Translations under genes and position numbers: made by a program
The notes under the pieces: generated by a model
The model's input: the letters and a program-made list of their open reading frames with translations, nothing else
What the model was told of the DNA's origin: nothing
The model's database searches: none
Source of the DNA: an uncultured Gammaproteobacteria bacterium
GTDB lineage: Bacteria > Pseudomonadota > Gammaproteobacteria > GCA-001735895
Length of the DNA: 64,000 bases
Direction of reading: 5' to 3'
Assembly: GCA_947260025.1 (NCBI GenBank)
Contig: CAMYON010000008.1
Location: 19,242-83,241, forward strand
In this document: positions 54,646 to 64,000 of the stretch, one piece after another
Numbering within the stretch: position 1 is the stretch's first letter
Layout: each line of letters opens with the position of its first letter

Positions 54646-57348
54646 TTAAAAGATGTCTTCGACGATTTCTTCTTCCGACTCCGGCACACTAACCACCACC
54701 CCGGTCGAATCGCTTGTGGTCGATTTGACGACCAGCTCACGGGGCGCATTTTCAACGCGGAATACCTCGAACAGGCTGTTGCGGCTATCGCGATCTGCGC
54801 GTTCCCCCGATGCGGAATCAATGCGAACCGTAACCAGGCCTTGCGGCTGTTCCTGAAGATTTTCCGGGCGCCCCTCGAGTGCGAGCTTCATGAAATCTAT
54901 CCACATCGGCAAGGCGGCCCGACTTCCGGTTTCGCGCCGGCCCATCTTGCGCTGATTGTCGAAGCCTACCCAGGTCGTGGTCACGACCTGGTCGTTGAAT
55001 CCGCAAAACCAGGCGTCGACCTGGTCGTTGGTGGTTCCGGTCTTACCGGCAATATCGCTGCGACCCAACGCCTTGGCGCGCACCGCGGTACCGCGCTGCA
55101 CCACTTCACGCATCATCGAACGCATAATAAAGGCATTCTGTGCCGAGATGACGCGCGGCGCGTAGCGCGGTTCGAGCCCGGTTTCGACAACTTTAAATAT
55201 AGTCTCGGCCTCGGCTTCGATCTCGGCATCGCCGTTAGCCTCTTCCTGTCCGTCGAGCGCGGTCGTCTCGAGCTGCTCTTCTTCGCCCGGCTCAGTGGTC
55301 TCGGCCGCCTGCGCTTCCGACTGTTCTGCCGCCTGCTGCAACTCGGCCTGCTGCTCGTTGACTTGCTGCGATTCGGTCTGCTGCGACTCCAGCTCCTGTT
55401 GCTCTGCAGCCTGCGCTTCGGCTTCGGCCAGAGCTTGCAAATCCTCGTCCTCACAGCCCTGGCATACGGTCAGGGGTTGATTCTGATAGATGACATCACC
55501 GTTACCCAGTTCGACCCGGCTGATAATGTAAGGCTCGATCAGGTAGCCACCATTGGAGAAAACCGCGTAACCGCGAGCCATCTGCAGCGGCGAAAAGCTG
55601 GGACTGCCGAGCGCCAGCGACAGGTCGTAGGGCATTTGCTCGCGCTCGAATCCGAAACGCTGTACGTAATTGGTCGCATAGCGCAATCCCATCGACTGCA
55701 GAATGCGGATCGACACCAGGTTACGTGACTTGACCAGAGCCTCTCGCAGGCGTGTCGGCCCGTAAAACTTGCCCGAATAATTTTCCGGCCGCCAGGTTGC
55801 TTCGAGCGAGTCGTCGTCGAACACCACCGGCGCGTCGTTGATAATGCTGGCTGCGGTAAAACCTTTATCCAGCGCCGCCGAATAGATGAACGGCTTGAAA
55901 GCAGAACCCGGCTGGCGGCGCGCCTGGGTCGCGCGATTGAATTTATTCTTGAAGTAATCGAATCCACCGACCATGGCCTGGATCCCGCCATCCGAGGGAT
56001 TGATCGATACCAGCGCGCCTTCGATCCGCGGTATACCGGCGAGCAGCCACTGCTGGTCACGATTCTCGAGCCATATTACGTCACCGACGGCAAGTACGTC
56101 GGCGACCTTCTCGGGCTTGGGCCCCTGGTTATCCTCATCGATAAACCTGGCAGCCCAGTCGATGCCACCCTCGAAAGGCACTTCGATCTGCTCATAGTTG
56201 GAAATCAGCACCGTGGCACTCGCCTTGCTCATCCTGGGCTCACCCTCGTCATCGGTTTCACCGATAATTGGCGCGGCCTCGTTGAGCGAAATAACCACGC
56301 CCTTACGCAGACCACCAACCCGGTTGTCGATGATCAGGTCTTCTTCAAATGGGTCCTCCTTGATCTCGGCCAGGTCGAGATTGCCGACCACGCCACGATA
56401 GCCGTGACGACGATGGTAATCGAGCAGTGACCTGCGCAACACCTTGTTGGCTACCGCCTGCATCTCACCGTCGATACTGGTGTAGACCTTGAGCCCCGCC
56501 TTGTATATTTCTTCGCCATACTGCTCGAACAATTCGGCACGCACCAGTTCGGAGACATACTGGGCGTCGGCAAAGGTGCGGGTCTTATGCAGTTCGGCGG
56601 TGATCGGCTCGTTCAGCGCGAGCTCGAGTTCTTCCTCGTCTATGTATTTAAGTATGCGCATGCGGCCCAGAATATAATTGCGCCGGATCAGCGCCCTCTC
56701 CGGATTGGATATCGGGTTGTACTTGGAAGGCGCTTTCGGCAGGCCCGCGATCATCGCGGCCTGCGCCAGCGTCAGGTCATCTAGCTGCTTGTCGTAATAA
56801 ACCTGGGAAGCGGCGCTGATTCCGTAAGCGCGGTGCCCGAGAAAGATCTTGTTCAGGTAAAGCTCCATGATCTTTTCCTTGGGGAATTCGCTTTCGATCT
56901 TCATCGCCAGCAGAATCTCGTTAAACTTACGGGCGTAGGTCTGTTCGGGGCTCAGGAAAAAGTTACGCGCAACCTGCATCGTGATAGTACTACCACCGCG
57001 GGTTTTTCGACCGGTAGTCGCGACCTCGTAAGCCGCGGCCAGCAGGGCATAAAAATCGACGCCCAAGTGGTTCCAGAACTGGTCGTCCTCGACCGCCACC
57101 ACGGCATCGATCAGGTAGCGCGGAATTTTGTCGAATTCGACCGGAATCCGGCGATGCTCACCGAACTCGGCCAGCAGAATTTCATTGCGATCATAGACCC
57201 GCAAGGGCACCTGGTACTGTGCATCTTCGAGATGGTCGATCGTGGGCAACCCGGGGACCAAAACCGCGTAAATATAGAATACCCCGGCGATCAGCACGAT
57301 AGATCCGGCCGCAAAAAGCCATGACACAATTTTTAGTAGCTTTTTCAT
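54646..57348 (-). CDS. mrcA: Penicillin-binding protein 1A (bifunctional glycosyltransferase/transpeptidase)
   Basis: GT51 motifs are EDDQFWNHLGVD and RGGSTITMQVARN. TP motifs are SAFKP, SRN and KTGTTND. The 900-aa product is divergent from pilM as in Pseudomonas. Confidence 0.95.
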   Translation of the reverse strand: MKKLLKIVSWLFAAGSIVLIAGVFYIYAVLVPGLPTIDHLEDAQYQVPLRVYDRNEILLAEFGEHRRIPVEFDKIPRYLIDAVVAVEDDQFWNHLGVDFYALLAAAYEVATTGRKTRGGSTITMQVARNFFLSPEQTYARKFNEILLAMKIESEFPKEKIMELYLNKIFLGHRAYGISAASQVYYDKQLDDLTLAQAAMIAGLPKAPSKYNPISNPERALIRRNYILGRMRILKYIDEEELELALNEPITAELHKTRTFADAQYVSELVRAELFEQYGEEIYKAGLKVYTSIDGEMQAVANKVLRRSLLDYHRRHGYRGVVGNLDLAEIKEDPFEEDLIIDNRVGGLRKGVVISLNEAAPIIGETDDEGEPRMSKASATVLISNYEQIEVPFEGGIDWAARFIDEDNQGPKPEKVADVLAVGDVIWLENRDQQWLLAGIPRIEGALVSINPSDGGIQAMVGGFDYFKNKFNRATQARRQPGSAFKPFIYSAALDKGFTAASIINDAPVVFDDDSLEATWRPENYSGKFYGPTRLREALVKSRNLVSIRILQSMGLRYATNYVQRFGFEREQMPYDLSLALGSPSFSPLQMARGYAVFSNGGYLIEPYIISRVELGNGDVIYQNQPLTVCQGCEDEDLQALAEAEAQAAEQQELESQQTESQQVNEQQAELQQAAEQSEAQAAETTEPGEEEQLETTALDGQEEANGDAEIEAEAETIFKVVETGLEPRYAPRVISAQNAFIMRSMMREVVQRGTAVRAKALGRSDIAGKTGTTNDQVDAWFCGFNDQVVTTTWVGFDNQRKMGRRETGSRAALPMWIDFMKLALEGRPENLQEQPQGLVTVRIDSASGERADRDSRNSLFEVFRVENAPRELVVKSTTSDSTGVVVSVPESEEEIVEDIF

Positions 57349-57460
57349 CAGGTTAGGCTATATACATCAACAATTACTTCAAAAGTATCGACAAGTATGA
57401 ATTCATGCACTAGACTCTTTTTTGACTAATTAGAATAATTTAACTTTTTATATACTTACA

Positions 57461-57497
57461 ACTAGATCTTAATGTAATTTGTTATATAAGATCTAGT
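57461..57497. promoter_or_regulatory. Perfect 11-bp inverted repeat in the ponA-pilM divergent promoter region
   Basis: ACTAGATCTTA (57461-57471), a 15-nt spacer, then TAAGATCTAGT (57487-57497). It lies in an AT-rich 177-bp intergenic region and ends 29 nt before the pilM GTG. Confidence 0.35.
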
Positions 57498-57525
57498 ATC
57501 ACAGGCACGTTTACGAGGGATACTG

Positions 57526-58593
57526 GTGTTTCTATCGCGCAAAAAACCACCATTAATTGGGCTCGATATCAGTTCAACATCGGTCAAGTTGATGGAACTC
57601 AGCAAAACCGGTTCCAGCTACCGCATTGAAGGCATAGGAGTCGAACCCCTGCCCGCTAACGCGGTCGTCGAAAAAAACGTCGCCGAAGTCGAATCCGTAG
57701 GCGAGAGTGTAAAGCGTGCGCTCGCCAAGTCAAAAATAAAATCAAAGTTTTGCGCCATCGCGGTATCAGGGTCGTCGGTAATCACCAAGAAAATTACGAT
57801 GCCCGCCACTCTTAGCGAAGACGAAATGGAAGGGCAGATTCAGCTCGAGGCAGATCAGTACATCCCCTACCCACTGGAAGAAGTCAATCTCGACTTCTGC
57901 GTTATGGGTGAAACCGAAACCAATCCCGAAACCGTCGACGTGCTGCTCGCCGCCTGTCGCAGCGAAAACGTCGACGATCGCGTTGCCGCGGTCGAACTCG
58001 CCGGCTTGACGCCCAAAATTGTCGATATCGAGGCCTACACCGTGGAAACGGTATTCACGGCCATGGCGTCGCAAATGCCTGACGAAGGCATGGACAAAAC
58101 TGTTGCCATTGTCGACATCGGCGCAACCATGACTTCCCTCAGCGTCATTCATAACCATCACCTGATTTACACCCGCGAGCAGAACTTCGGTGGCAAGCAG
58201 TTAACCGAAGAAATCATGCGCCGCTATGGTCTCTCCTATGAAGAGGCGGGGCTGGCAAAGCGCCAGGGTGGTTTACCCGATAATTACGAACCCGAGGTGC
58301 TAGAACCGTTCAAGGAAACCACGGCCCAGCAGGTCAGCCGATTTCTGCAATTCTTTTACTCTGCTGGTGGCCCGATCGGAGATATCGATCACCTGGTGCT
58401 GGCCGGTGGAACCGCTTCTTTGCCGAACCTGGCTGAATTGACCGAATCCCACATCGGCGTGCCGACAACGATTGCCAATCCGTTCGCCGACATGTCGTCG
58501 TCGAGCCGTGTCAACAAGGCTAACCTGGAAGCAGATGCACCCTCCTTCCTGATCGCTGCGGGACTAGCCATCCGAGGAGCTGAATACTCATGA
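57526..58593 (+). CDS. pilM: Type IV pilus assembly protein PilM
   Basis: It is an actin-like ATPase-fold protein of 355 aa (...IGLDISSTSVKLMEL..., ...VDIGATMT...). It has a GTG start with GAGGGA upstream and is the first gene of pilMNOPQ. Confidence 0.95.
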   Translation: MFLSRKKPPLIGLDISSTSVKLMELSKTGSSYRIEGIGVEPLPANAVVEKNVAEVESVGESVKRALAKSKIKSKFCAIAVSGSSVITKKITMPATLSEDEMEGQIQLEADQYIPYPLEEVNLDFCVMGETETNPETVDVLLAACRSENVDDRVAAVELAGLTPKIVDIEAYTVETVFTAMASQMPDEGMDKTVAIVDIGATMTSLSVIHNHHLIYTREQNFGGKQLTEEIMRRYGLSYEEAGLAKRQGGLPDNYEPEVLEPFKETTAQQVSRFLQFFYSAGGPIGDIDHLVLAGGTASLPNLAELTESHIGVPTTIANPFADMSSSSRVNKANLEADAPSFLIAAGLAIRGAEYS

Positions 58594-59177
58594 TCATGAC
58601 ACAGATCAACCTGCTGCCCTGGCGCGAAGAACTGCGCCAGGAACAGAAAAAACAATTCGCCGTGATGGCGGTTATGACCTGTGTGCTAGCCGCTGCTATC
58701 GTCGCTCTGATTCATTTTCAGATGCAGGCAAAAATCGACTACCAGCTGTCCCGTAACAGCTTCATGACCGCTGAAATCGCCAAGGTAGACGAAGAGATCA
58801 AGGAAATCAGCGAGCTGCAAAAAGTTCGTCGCAGCCTGATCGAGCGCATGGAGGTCATCCAGGATCTGCAGGGTAGCCGTCCTTCTATAGTGCACCTGTT
58901 TACCGAGATCGTATCTACCGTGCCGAACGGCGTATACCTCAAAACGATGACGCAGAACGGCGGTAACCTGTTGATCAACGGTGAAGCCGAGTCGAACGCG
59001 CGGGTTTCAACCTATATGCGTAACCTGTCTGCCTCGGAATGGCTGAAGGATCCCAACCTGACGGTTATCGAAATCGAGGATATCACCGTTAACCGTATCA
59101 GCACTTTCACCCTGACCGTCAAACAAACCTCGCCCAACGCAACCGAGGAAGAAACAGATGATGGAGGTCTTAAGTAA
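58590..59177 (+). CDS. pilN: Type IV pilus assembly protein PilN
   Basis: It has the INLLPWRE N-terminal motif, one TM helix and an ATGA overlap with pilM. Confidence 0.9.
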   Translation: MIMTQINLLPWREELRQEQKKQFAVMAVMTCVLAAAIVALIHFQMQAKIDYQLSRNSFMTAEIAKVDEEIKEISELQKVRRSLIERMEVIQDLQGSRPSIVHLFTEIVSTVPNGVYLKTMTQNGGNLLINGEAESNARVSTYMRNLSASEWLKDPNLTVIEIEDITVNRISTFTLTVKQTSPNATEEETDDGGLK

Positions 59178-59779
59178 TGAATTGGGACGAACTCCAACAT
59201 CACCTGGAACCGGATAATATCGGCACGGCACCGAACTCGATCAAGTTCGGCGTATTTGCCTTCCTGTTTATCGCAATCATCGCCGCCGGTATTTACTTCG
59301 ATACCCGCGAGCAGCTGAGAGTGCTGGAAACGCACGAAAGAAAAGAGTTAGAACTCAAGAACCAGTTCAAGATCAAGGCCGAAAGAGCCGCCAAGCTCGA
59401 GCTCTACAAGGAGCAGCTGGCCGAGATGGAAGCCTCTTTCGGCGCCCTGCTGCGGCAGCTGCCCGAAACCACCGAGGTCGAATCCCTGCTGGTCGATGTT
59501 TCGCAAACCGGTCTCGCGTCCGGCCTCGAGATCAAGAAATTCAAGCCCAGTGCGGAAGAGAAAAAGGGATTCTATGCCGAGCTGCCGATTGCGCTCGAGG
59601 TTTCCGGCTCATATCACCAGCTCGCCACCTTCATCAGCGGTATCGCGGCCCTGCCGAGGATCGTGACTATCAGCGACATGAATCTGGAACCCTTCGACAA
59701 GGAAGAGGAAGACTCTGCCAAGCTGAAAATGTCGGCCACGGCGAAGACTTATCGATATCTCCAGGAGGATGAGCAATGA
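59177..59779 (+). CDS. pilO: Type IV pilus assembly protein PilO
   Basis: It has a TAATG overlap, a TM helix, a coiled coil and the ...LPRIVTISDMNL... C-terminal block. Confidence 0.9.
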   Translation: MNWDELQHHLEPDNIGTAPNSIKFGVFAFLFIAIIAAGIYFDTREQLRVLETHERKELELKNQFKIKAERAAKLELYKEQLAEMEASFGALLRQLPETTEVESLLVDVSQTGLASGLEIKKFKPSAEEKKGFYAELPIALEVSGSYHQLATFISGIAALPRIVTISDMNLEPFDKEEEDSAKLKMSATAKTYRYLQEDEQ

Positions 59780-60324
59780 CAGGATGGTTACAGAAACTGC
59801 TCAAGTTATCGCTGCTGGTGGGTCTGATTGGCGGGCTTTCCGGTTGTGGTGAGGGGCTGGGTGACTTGCGACAGTTCGTACAACAGGTCCGGGCCAAACC
59901 GCCGGGTCGTATCGAACCTATCCCGGAGTTCACGCCCTATCAAAAATTCGAATATGCGTCACACGACCTGCGTGACCCTTTCAAGCTGGTTGATTTCCGG
60001 CGCCCGGACGAAGTGCCGGAGGAAATCGCCCAACTCGGCAGCGGGCTCAGGCCCGACCTGGACCGCGTCAAGGAACCGCTGGAAGACTTCCCGCTCGATA
60101 CCCTGCGCCTCAAGGGAACCATCGACGACAAGGATGGGATCAAGTGGGGACTGATATTCGCGCCGGATAACACTATACACCGCGTTGTCGAAGGCAATTA
60201 CATGGGCCAGAACCACGGCCGCATTGTCTCGCTAACCGACCAGACTATTGAATTAACTGAAATTGTCCCAGACGGACTGGGAAACTATATCGAACGCTCA
60301 TCAGCGGTCGCGTTGATCGAGTAA
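59776..60324 (+). CDS. pilP: Type IV pilus assembly lipoprotein PilP
   Basis: It has a lipobox (LSGCG), is 182 aa and has an ATGA overlap with pilO. Its position is conserved. Confidence 0.85.
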   Translation: MTGWLQKLLKLSLLVGLIGGLSGCGEGLGDLRQFVQQVRAKPPGRIEPIPEFTPYQKFEYASHDLRDPFKLVDFRRPDEVPEEIAQLGSGLRPDLDRVKEPLEDFPLDTLRLKGTIDDKDGIKWGLIFAPDNTIHRVVEGNYMGQNHGRIVSLTDQTIELTEIVPDGLGNYIERSSAVALIE

Positions 60325-60339
60325 CGAGAGGAAACACCA

Positions 60340-62469
60340 ATGAACAGTGTTAGTAATAAGATGAAAATAACCAGAACACTCAAGGCTTCGCTAGCCGCAA
60401 TGTGTCTGTTCGCTTTTGGAGACGCCTCGGCAAGAGCCCTGGTCGGCCTGGATTACTCGGTGATGACCGGCAACACAGTACAGGTCGTGTTTACTTTCGA
60501 CGAACCCGCGGTTGCTCCGCGTACCTTCACCATCGATGAGCCGGCACGGATCGCGCTCGATTTTGGCGAAACTGAAAACAGGCTCGAACAACGTAACATG
60601 CAGGTTGGCATCGGCGCGATGCAAAGCATCATTTCCGCCTCATCGCAAAACCGCACCCGCGTGGTGTTGAATCTCTCGCAAAAGGCTAATTACACCACCA
60701 ATGTCAGTGGTAACCAGGTCACCCTGACGCTCGCCGGTGGCGATCAAACCCTGGCCGAACCCGCCGCAACCGAGGCTGCAGCCACAACGGCCAGCGCCAG
60801 TGCCACCCCCACACCAGCCGTTTCGGCGGTTTCCAAGGGTGTTACCAACGTCGACTTCAAGCGTGGCCCTAACGGCGAAGGCCGCGTTATTATCGATTTG
60901 ACCACGGCCACGATCAGCACCGACGTATGGCGTGAAAACAATGTCGTCTATGTCGAGCTGGTCGGTTCGCAACTGCCGCGTGAACTGCAGCGACGCATGG
61001 ATGTCAGCGACTTCGCGACTCCGATCAGCTATATCGACTCGATCCAGGAAGGTGCCAACATTCGAATGGCCATTGCCTCGGACGGGGATTTCGAACATCT
61101 CGCCTACCAGACCGATCGTGTTTACACCATCGAAGTGGCGCCAATTTCCAAGGAAGAAGAGGAAAAGAAGAAGAAGGACAAGTTCGGCTTTACCGGAGAG
61201 CGCCTCTCGCTCAACTTCCAGGATATCGAGGTTCGCTCGGTCCTGCAGCTGCTGGCCGACTTTACCGGCCTCAACCTGGTGGTCTCCGACTCGGTTGAAG
61301 GTAACCTGACCCTGCGCCTGAAGAACGTGCCCTGGGACCAGGCCATGGATATCATTCTCAAGACGAAGGGCCTGGATCAGCGTCGTGCCGGTAACGTCAT
61401 TCTGATCGCGCCGACCGACGAAATCGCCGCGCGCGAAAAGCTCGAACTCGAGGCGCGCAAGCAGGTTGAAGAACTCGAGCGCCTGCGTACCGAGTTCATC
61501 AAGGTCAACTATGCCAAGGCTGCTGATATGGCGGACCTGCTCAAGCTCAAGGACAACGCGATCCTGTCGCCTCGCGGTTCGGTAAGCGTCGACGAACGCA
61601 CCAATACCCTGCTGGTCAAGGATACCAACTCCAGCCTGGCCAACGTGCGCGTCCTGCTGGCCGAGCTCGACATCCCGGTACGCCAGGTGCTGATCGAATC
61701 GCGCGTGGTCATTGCCAACGACGACTTCAGCAAGGAACTGGGTGTCCGCTTTGGTATCAGCAACGATAGTTTCGGTACCAATACCACGGGTGACGGTGCA
61801 ATAACCTCCGGCAACCTGAACGGCGTCACTGACCTGATTAACAACAACGCTCTTAATGCAGGCGACGCGCTCAACGTCAACCTGCCGGTGCAAAACCCTG
61901 CCGGTAGCTTTGCGCTGGCGCTGGCCAAGCTGCCGCTCGGCACACTGCTGGAAATGGAACTGTCGGCGGCCCAGATCGAAGGTCGCGGTGAAGTGGTATC
62001 GAGTCCGCGGGTAATCACCGCCGATTCGCACACCGCTCGCATCGAACAGGGTGTGGAAATCCCCTACCTCGAACTGGACGATGGCGACGCGACGCTGAAG
62101 TTCAGAAAGGCGGTACTGTCGCTCGAGGTCACCCCGCAGATAACCCCGGATGACCGCGTCATCATGGACCTCGACGTCCATAAGGACAACCAGGGCGAAC
62201 TGGTAGCTTTCGGCGCCGGCCTGGCCGCTCCCAGTATCGATACCCGCGAGGTGCAGTCACAGCTGCTGGTCGACAACGGTCAGACCGTGGTGCTCGGCGG
62301 TATCTATGAAACCGAGAAAACGAGCCAGGTGACCCGGGTGCCCTTCTTCAGCGACCTGCCGCTGATCGGTAACCTGTTCAAGTCTACCGTCCAGGTCGAC
62401 GATCGCACCGAGCTTTTAATCTTCGTAACGCCGAAGATTCTTCAGGGCGCGAATCTCGATATTCGATAA
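60340..62469 (+). CDS. pilQ: Type IV pilus secretin PilQ
   Basis: It has AMIN-type N-terminal domains, a secretin N domain (...LNFQDIEVRSVLQLLADFTGLNLVV...) and a C-terminal secretin domain (...VVLGGIYE...VPFFSDLPLIGNLFK...LLIFVTPKI). Confidence 0.95.
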   Translation: MNSVSNKMKITRTLKASLAAMCLFAFGDASARALVGLDYSVMTGNTVQVVFTFDEPAVAPRTFTIDEPARIALDFGETENRLEQRNMQVGIGAMQSIISASSQNRTRVVLNLSQKANYTTNVSGNQVTLTLAGGDQTLAEPAATEAAATTASASATPTPAVSAVSKGVTNVDFKRGPNGEGRVIIDLTTATISTDVWRENNVVYVELVGSQLPRELQRRMDVSDFATPISYIDSIQEGANIRMAIASDGDFEHLAYQTDRVYTIEVAPISKEEEEKKKKDKFGFTGERLSLNFQDIEVRSVLQLLADFTGLNLVVSDSVEGNLTLRLKNVPWDQAMDIILKTKGLDQRRAGNVILIAPTDEIAAREKLELEARKQVEELERLRTEFIKVNYAKAADMADLLKLKDNAILSPRGSVSVDERTNTLLVKDTNSSLANVRVLLAELDIPVRQVLIESRVVIANDDFSKELGVRFGISNDSFGTNTTGDGAITSGNLNGVTDLINNNALNAGDALNVNLPVQNPAGSFALALAKLPLGTLLEMELSAAQIEGRGEVVSSPRVITADSHTARIEQGVEIPYLELDDGDATLKFRKAVLSLEVTPQITPDDRVIMDLDVHKDNQGELVAFGAGLAAPSIDTREVQSQLLVDNGQTVVLGGIYETEKTSQVTRVPFFSDLPLIGNLFKSTVQVDDRTELLIFVTPKILQGANLDIR

Positions 62470-62490
62470 CCGTACTTTCGTAACAGCGAA

Positions 62491-62519
62491 AAGGCAGCCC
62501 CGGTGGCTGCCTTTTTTTT
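62491..62519 (+). terminator. Intrinsic terminator after pilQ
   Basis: AAGGCAGCC-ccggt-GGCTGCCTT is followed by a T8 run. Confidence 0.8.
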
Positions 62520-62564
62520 GTTCAAGCTGAATCCGTTAATTCGGGTTTGAGTTATCATAGCGGC

Positions 62565-63086
62565 ATGAGTCACCGTAATATTATCCTGGTCGGGCCCATG
62601 GGTTCCGGCAAGTCGACCATCGGCAATATTATCGCCAGGCGCTTGCATCGTGAATTTCAGGACAGCGACCAGTTTATCGAAAAACGCACCGGCGTCGATA
62701 TTGCCCGTATTTTCGACATCGAGGGCGAGCAGGGTTTTCGCGACCGGGAAAGCAACGCACTAATCGAGTTATTGAGCCAGGACAACCGGGTCATAGCAAC
62801 CGGCGGCGGCTCGGTGTTGCGCAAGGATAACCAGAAGCTGCTCAAGCAACGGGGATATATTATTTTTCTCGACACCTCGGTCAACCAGCAGATGAACCGA
62901 CTGGCACGCGACAAGAAAAGACCTTTGTTGCAAACCGAGAATCCGCGCCAGCGCCTCGAGGTCCTGCTGCAGGAACGCCGCCCGATTTATCTCGACCTCG
63001 CCGACCTCGCGGTAAAAACCGACAGGCGCGCGGCGCGCCGGCTGGCGGCCGATATCATCAACCAGTTACCCGACAATCTGACATAA
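62565..63086 (+). CDS. aroK: Shikimate kinase
   Basis: [16 protein letters not shown], ...FRDRE... and ...IATGGG... are present. The ATG is at 62565, and the track start at 62547 is a TTG. Confidence 0.95.
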   Translation: MSHRNIILVGPMGSGKSTIGNIIARRLHREFQDSDQFIEKRTGVDIARIFDIEGEQGFRDRESNALIELLSQDNRVIATGGGSVLRKDNQKLLKQRGYIIFLDTSVNQQMNRLARDKKRPLLQTENPRQRLEVLLQERRPIYLDLADLAVKTDRRAARRLAADIINQLPDNLT

Positions 63087-63088
63087 GC

Positions 63089-64000
63089 ATGAATATCATT
63101 CACAAACTAGGGCTCGACCTGGGCGAACGCAGCTATCCGATTTACATTGGCCTCGACCTGCTCGGGCAGGCCGAGCTGATCGGCCCGCACGTCCACGGCA
63201 GCTCGGCATTAATCGTCTCCAACACGACCGTCGCCCCACTCTACCTGGCGCGAGTCCAGCAGGCGCTCGAGGCTTGTGATATCCGGCATGATCACCTGAC
63301 TCTCGAGGATGGCGAGCAGTTCAAAACCATGGCGTCGACCGAATCCGTCATCGACCTGTTGCTGCGCCAGCGCCACGACCGGCGCACCACCGTCATCGCG
63401 CTCGGTGGCGGCGTGATTGGCGACGTCGCCGGCTTCGCGGCGAGCATTTATCAGCGTGGTGTTAATTTCATCCAGATGCCGACCACGCTGCTGTCCCAGG
63501 TCGATTCCTCCGTCGGCGGCAAGACCGGCGTCAACCATCCGCTCGGCAAAAACATGATCGGTAGTTTCTACCAGCCGCGGTGCGTGATCGCCGACATCTC
63601 CAGCTTCGCCACCCTGCCCGCGCGCGAACTTTCCGCCGGACTGGCCGAAGTCATCAAGTACGGCCTGATTTACGACGCCGAGTTTTTCGCCTGGCTGGAA
63701 CAGAACATGGATGGCTTGATGGCAGGTGACACCGATCTGCTGGCGCAGGCGGTGCTGGTTTCCTGCCAGATCAAGGCGCGCGTGGTGGAGCAGGACGAGC
63801 GCGAAGCGGGGCTGCGCGCGATTCTGAACCTGGGACACACCTTTGGTCACGCCATCGAGACGGTCATGGGCTATGGCAACTGGCTGCACGGTGAAGCCGT
63901 AGCAGCGGGTATGGTGATGGCAATCGACCTGTCGATACGCCAGGGCTGGATCGACGATAGCGTGCGCCAACGCAGCATCGCCCTGCTGCAGCGAGCCGCG
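63089..64000 (+). CDS. aroB: 3-dehydroquinate synthase, N-terminal 304 codons (3' end outside window; absent from ORF track)
   Basis: Hand translation gives [21 protein letters not shown]...[52 protein letters not shown]...[12 protein letters not shown].... The frame stays open to the window end. The antisense 253-aa track ORF 63209..63970 is a shadow. Confidence 0.95.
   Translation, partial: MNIIHKLGLDLGERSYPIYIGLDLLGQAELIGPHVHGSSALIVSNTTVAPLYLARVQQALEACDIRHDHLTLEDGEQFKTMASTESVIDLLLRQRHDRRTTVIALGGGVIGDVAGFAASIYQRGVNFIQMPTTLLSQVDSSVGGKTGVNHPLGKNMIGSFYQPRCVIADISSFATLPARELSAGLAEVIKYGLIYDAEFFAWLEQNMDGLMAGDTDLLAQAVLVSCQIKARVVEQDEREAGLRAILNLGHTFGHAIETVMGYGNWLHGEAVAAGMVMAIDLSIRQGWIDDSVRQRSIALLQRAA

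Noticed and set aside
54550-55728. A 392-aa plus-strand ORF antisense to ponA, with a Leu/Arg/Phe-rich repetitive stretch.
   Set aside because: It mirrors the Glu/Gln/Ala-rich insertion of PBP1A on the other strand. It has no start context and no motifs.
60640-62181. A 513-aa minus-strand ORF antisense to pilQ.
   Set aside because: It has no recognisable domain and its composition is typical of antisense frames. pilQ on the plus strand is well supported by secretin motifs and operon context.

Overview
The window is a 64-kb chromosomal segment from a moderately GC-rich Gammaproteobacterium. Gene order is Pseudomonas/Cellvibrionales-like: rhlB/trxA-rho, cca-uppP...folK-folB, plsY/tsaD/rpsU, ftsYEX...rpoH, and ponA/pilMNOPQ-aroK-aroB. 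Content is almost entirely housekeeping: nrdAB, LPS-core genes, small detoxification enzymes, rho/trxA/rhlB, cca, pterin/folate genes, L28/L33, mutM, ggt, coaD, rsmD, rpoH, a complete aa3-type cytochrome c oxidase structural and biogenesis cluster, S21, gltD, hemE, PBP1A and the type IV pilus assembly operon. I found no rRNA, tRNA, CRISPR array, IS element, integrase or phage gene. I also found no convincing multi-gene novel system such as a defence island, and I say so rather than force one. Seven observations merit a second look. (1) An ABC-2 permease is frameshifted and hidden inside a 696-aa read-through ORF, within a GldA/F/G-like plus DUF4340 operon. (2) A MITE/REP-like palindromic repeat family with core GGGTCAGAG[C/T]AAAAA has three copies, all between convergent genes. 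(3) An orphan NorD/CbbO-type VWA protein is translationally coupled to mutM, with no partner AAA+ ATPase nearby. (4) A double-receiver protein with degenerate phospho-acceptor sites sits between ftsX and rpoH. (5) A sigma-E-type promoter plus leader hairpin lies in front of rpoH. (6) A promoter-embedded palindrome lies upstream of a DUF2892 gene. (7) The oxidase biogenesis cluster has no heme A synthase. Many ORF-track starts are TTG/GTG over-extensions and I corrected them where sequence context allowed. Two real genes are missing from the track: rpmG (51 aa) and the 3'-truncated aroB. All family assignments come from reading the translations by eye, and no database search was run.
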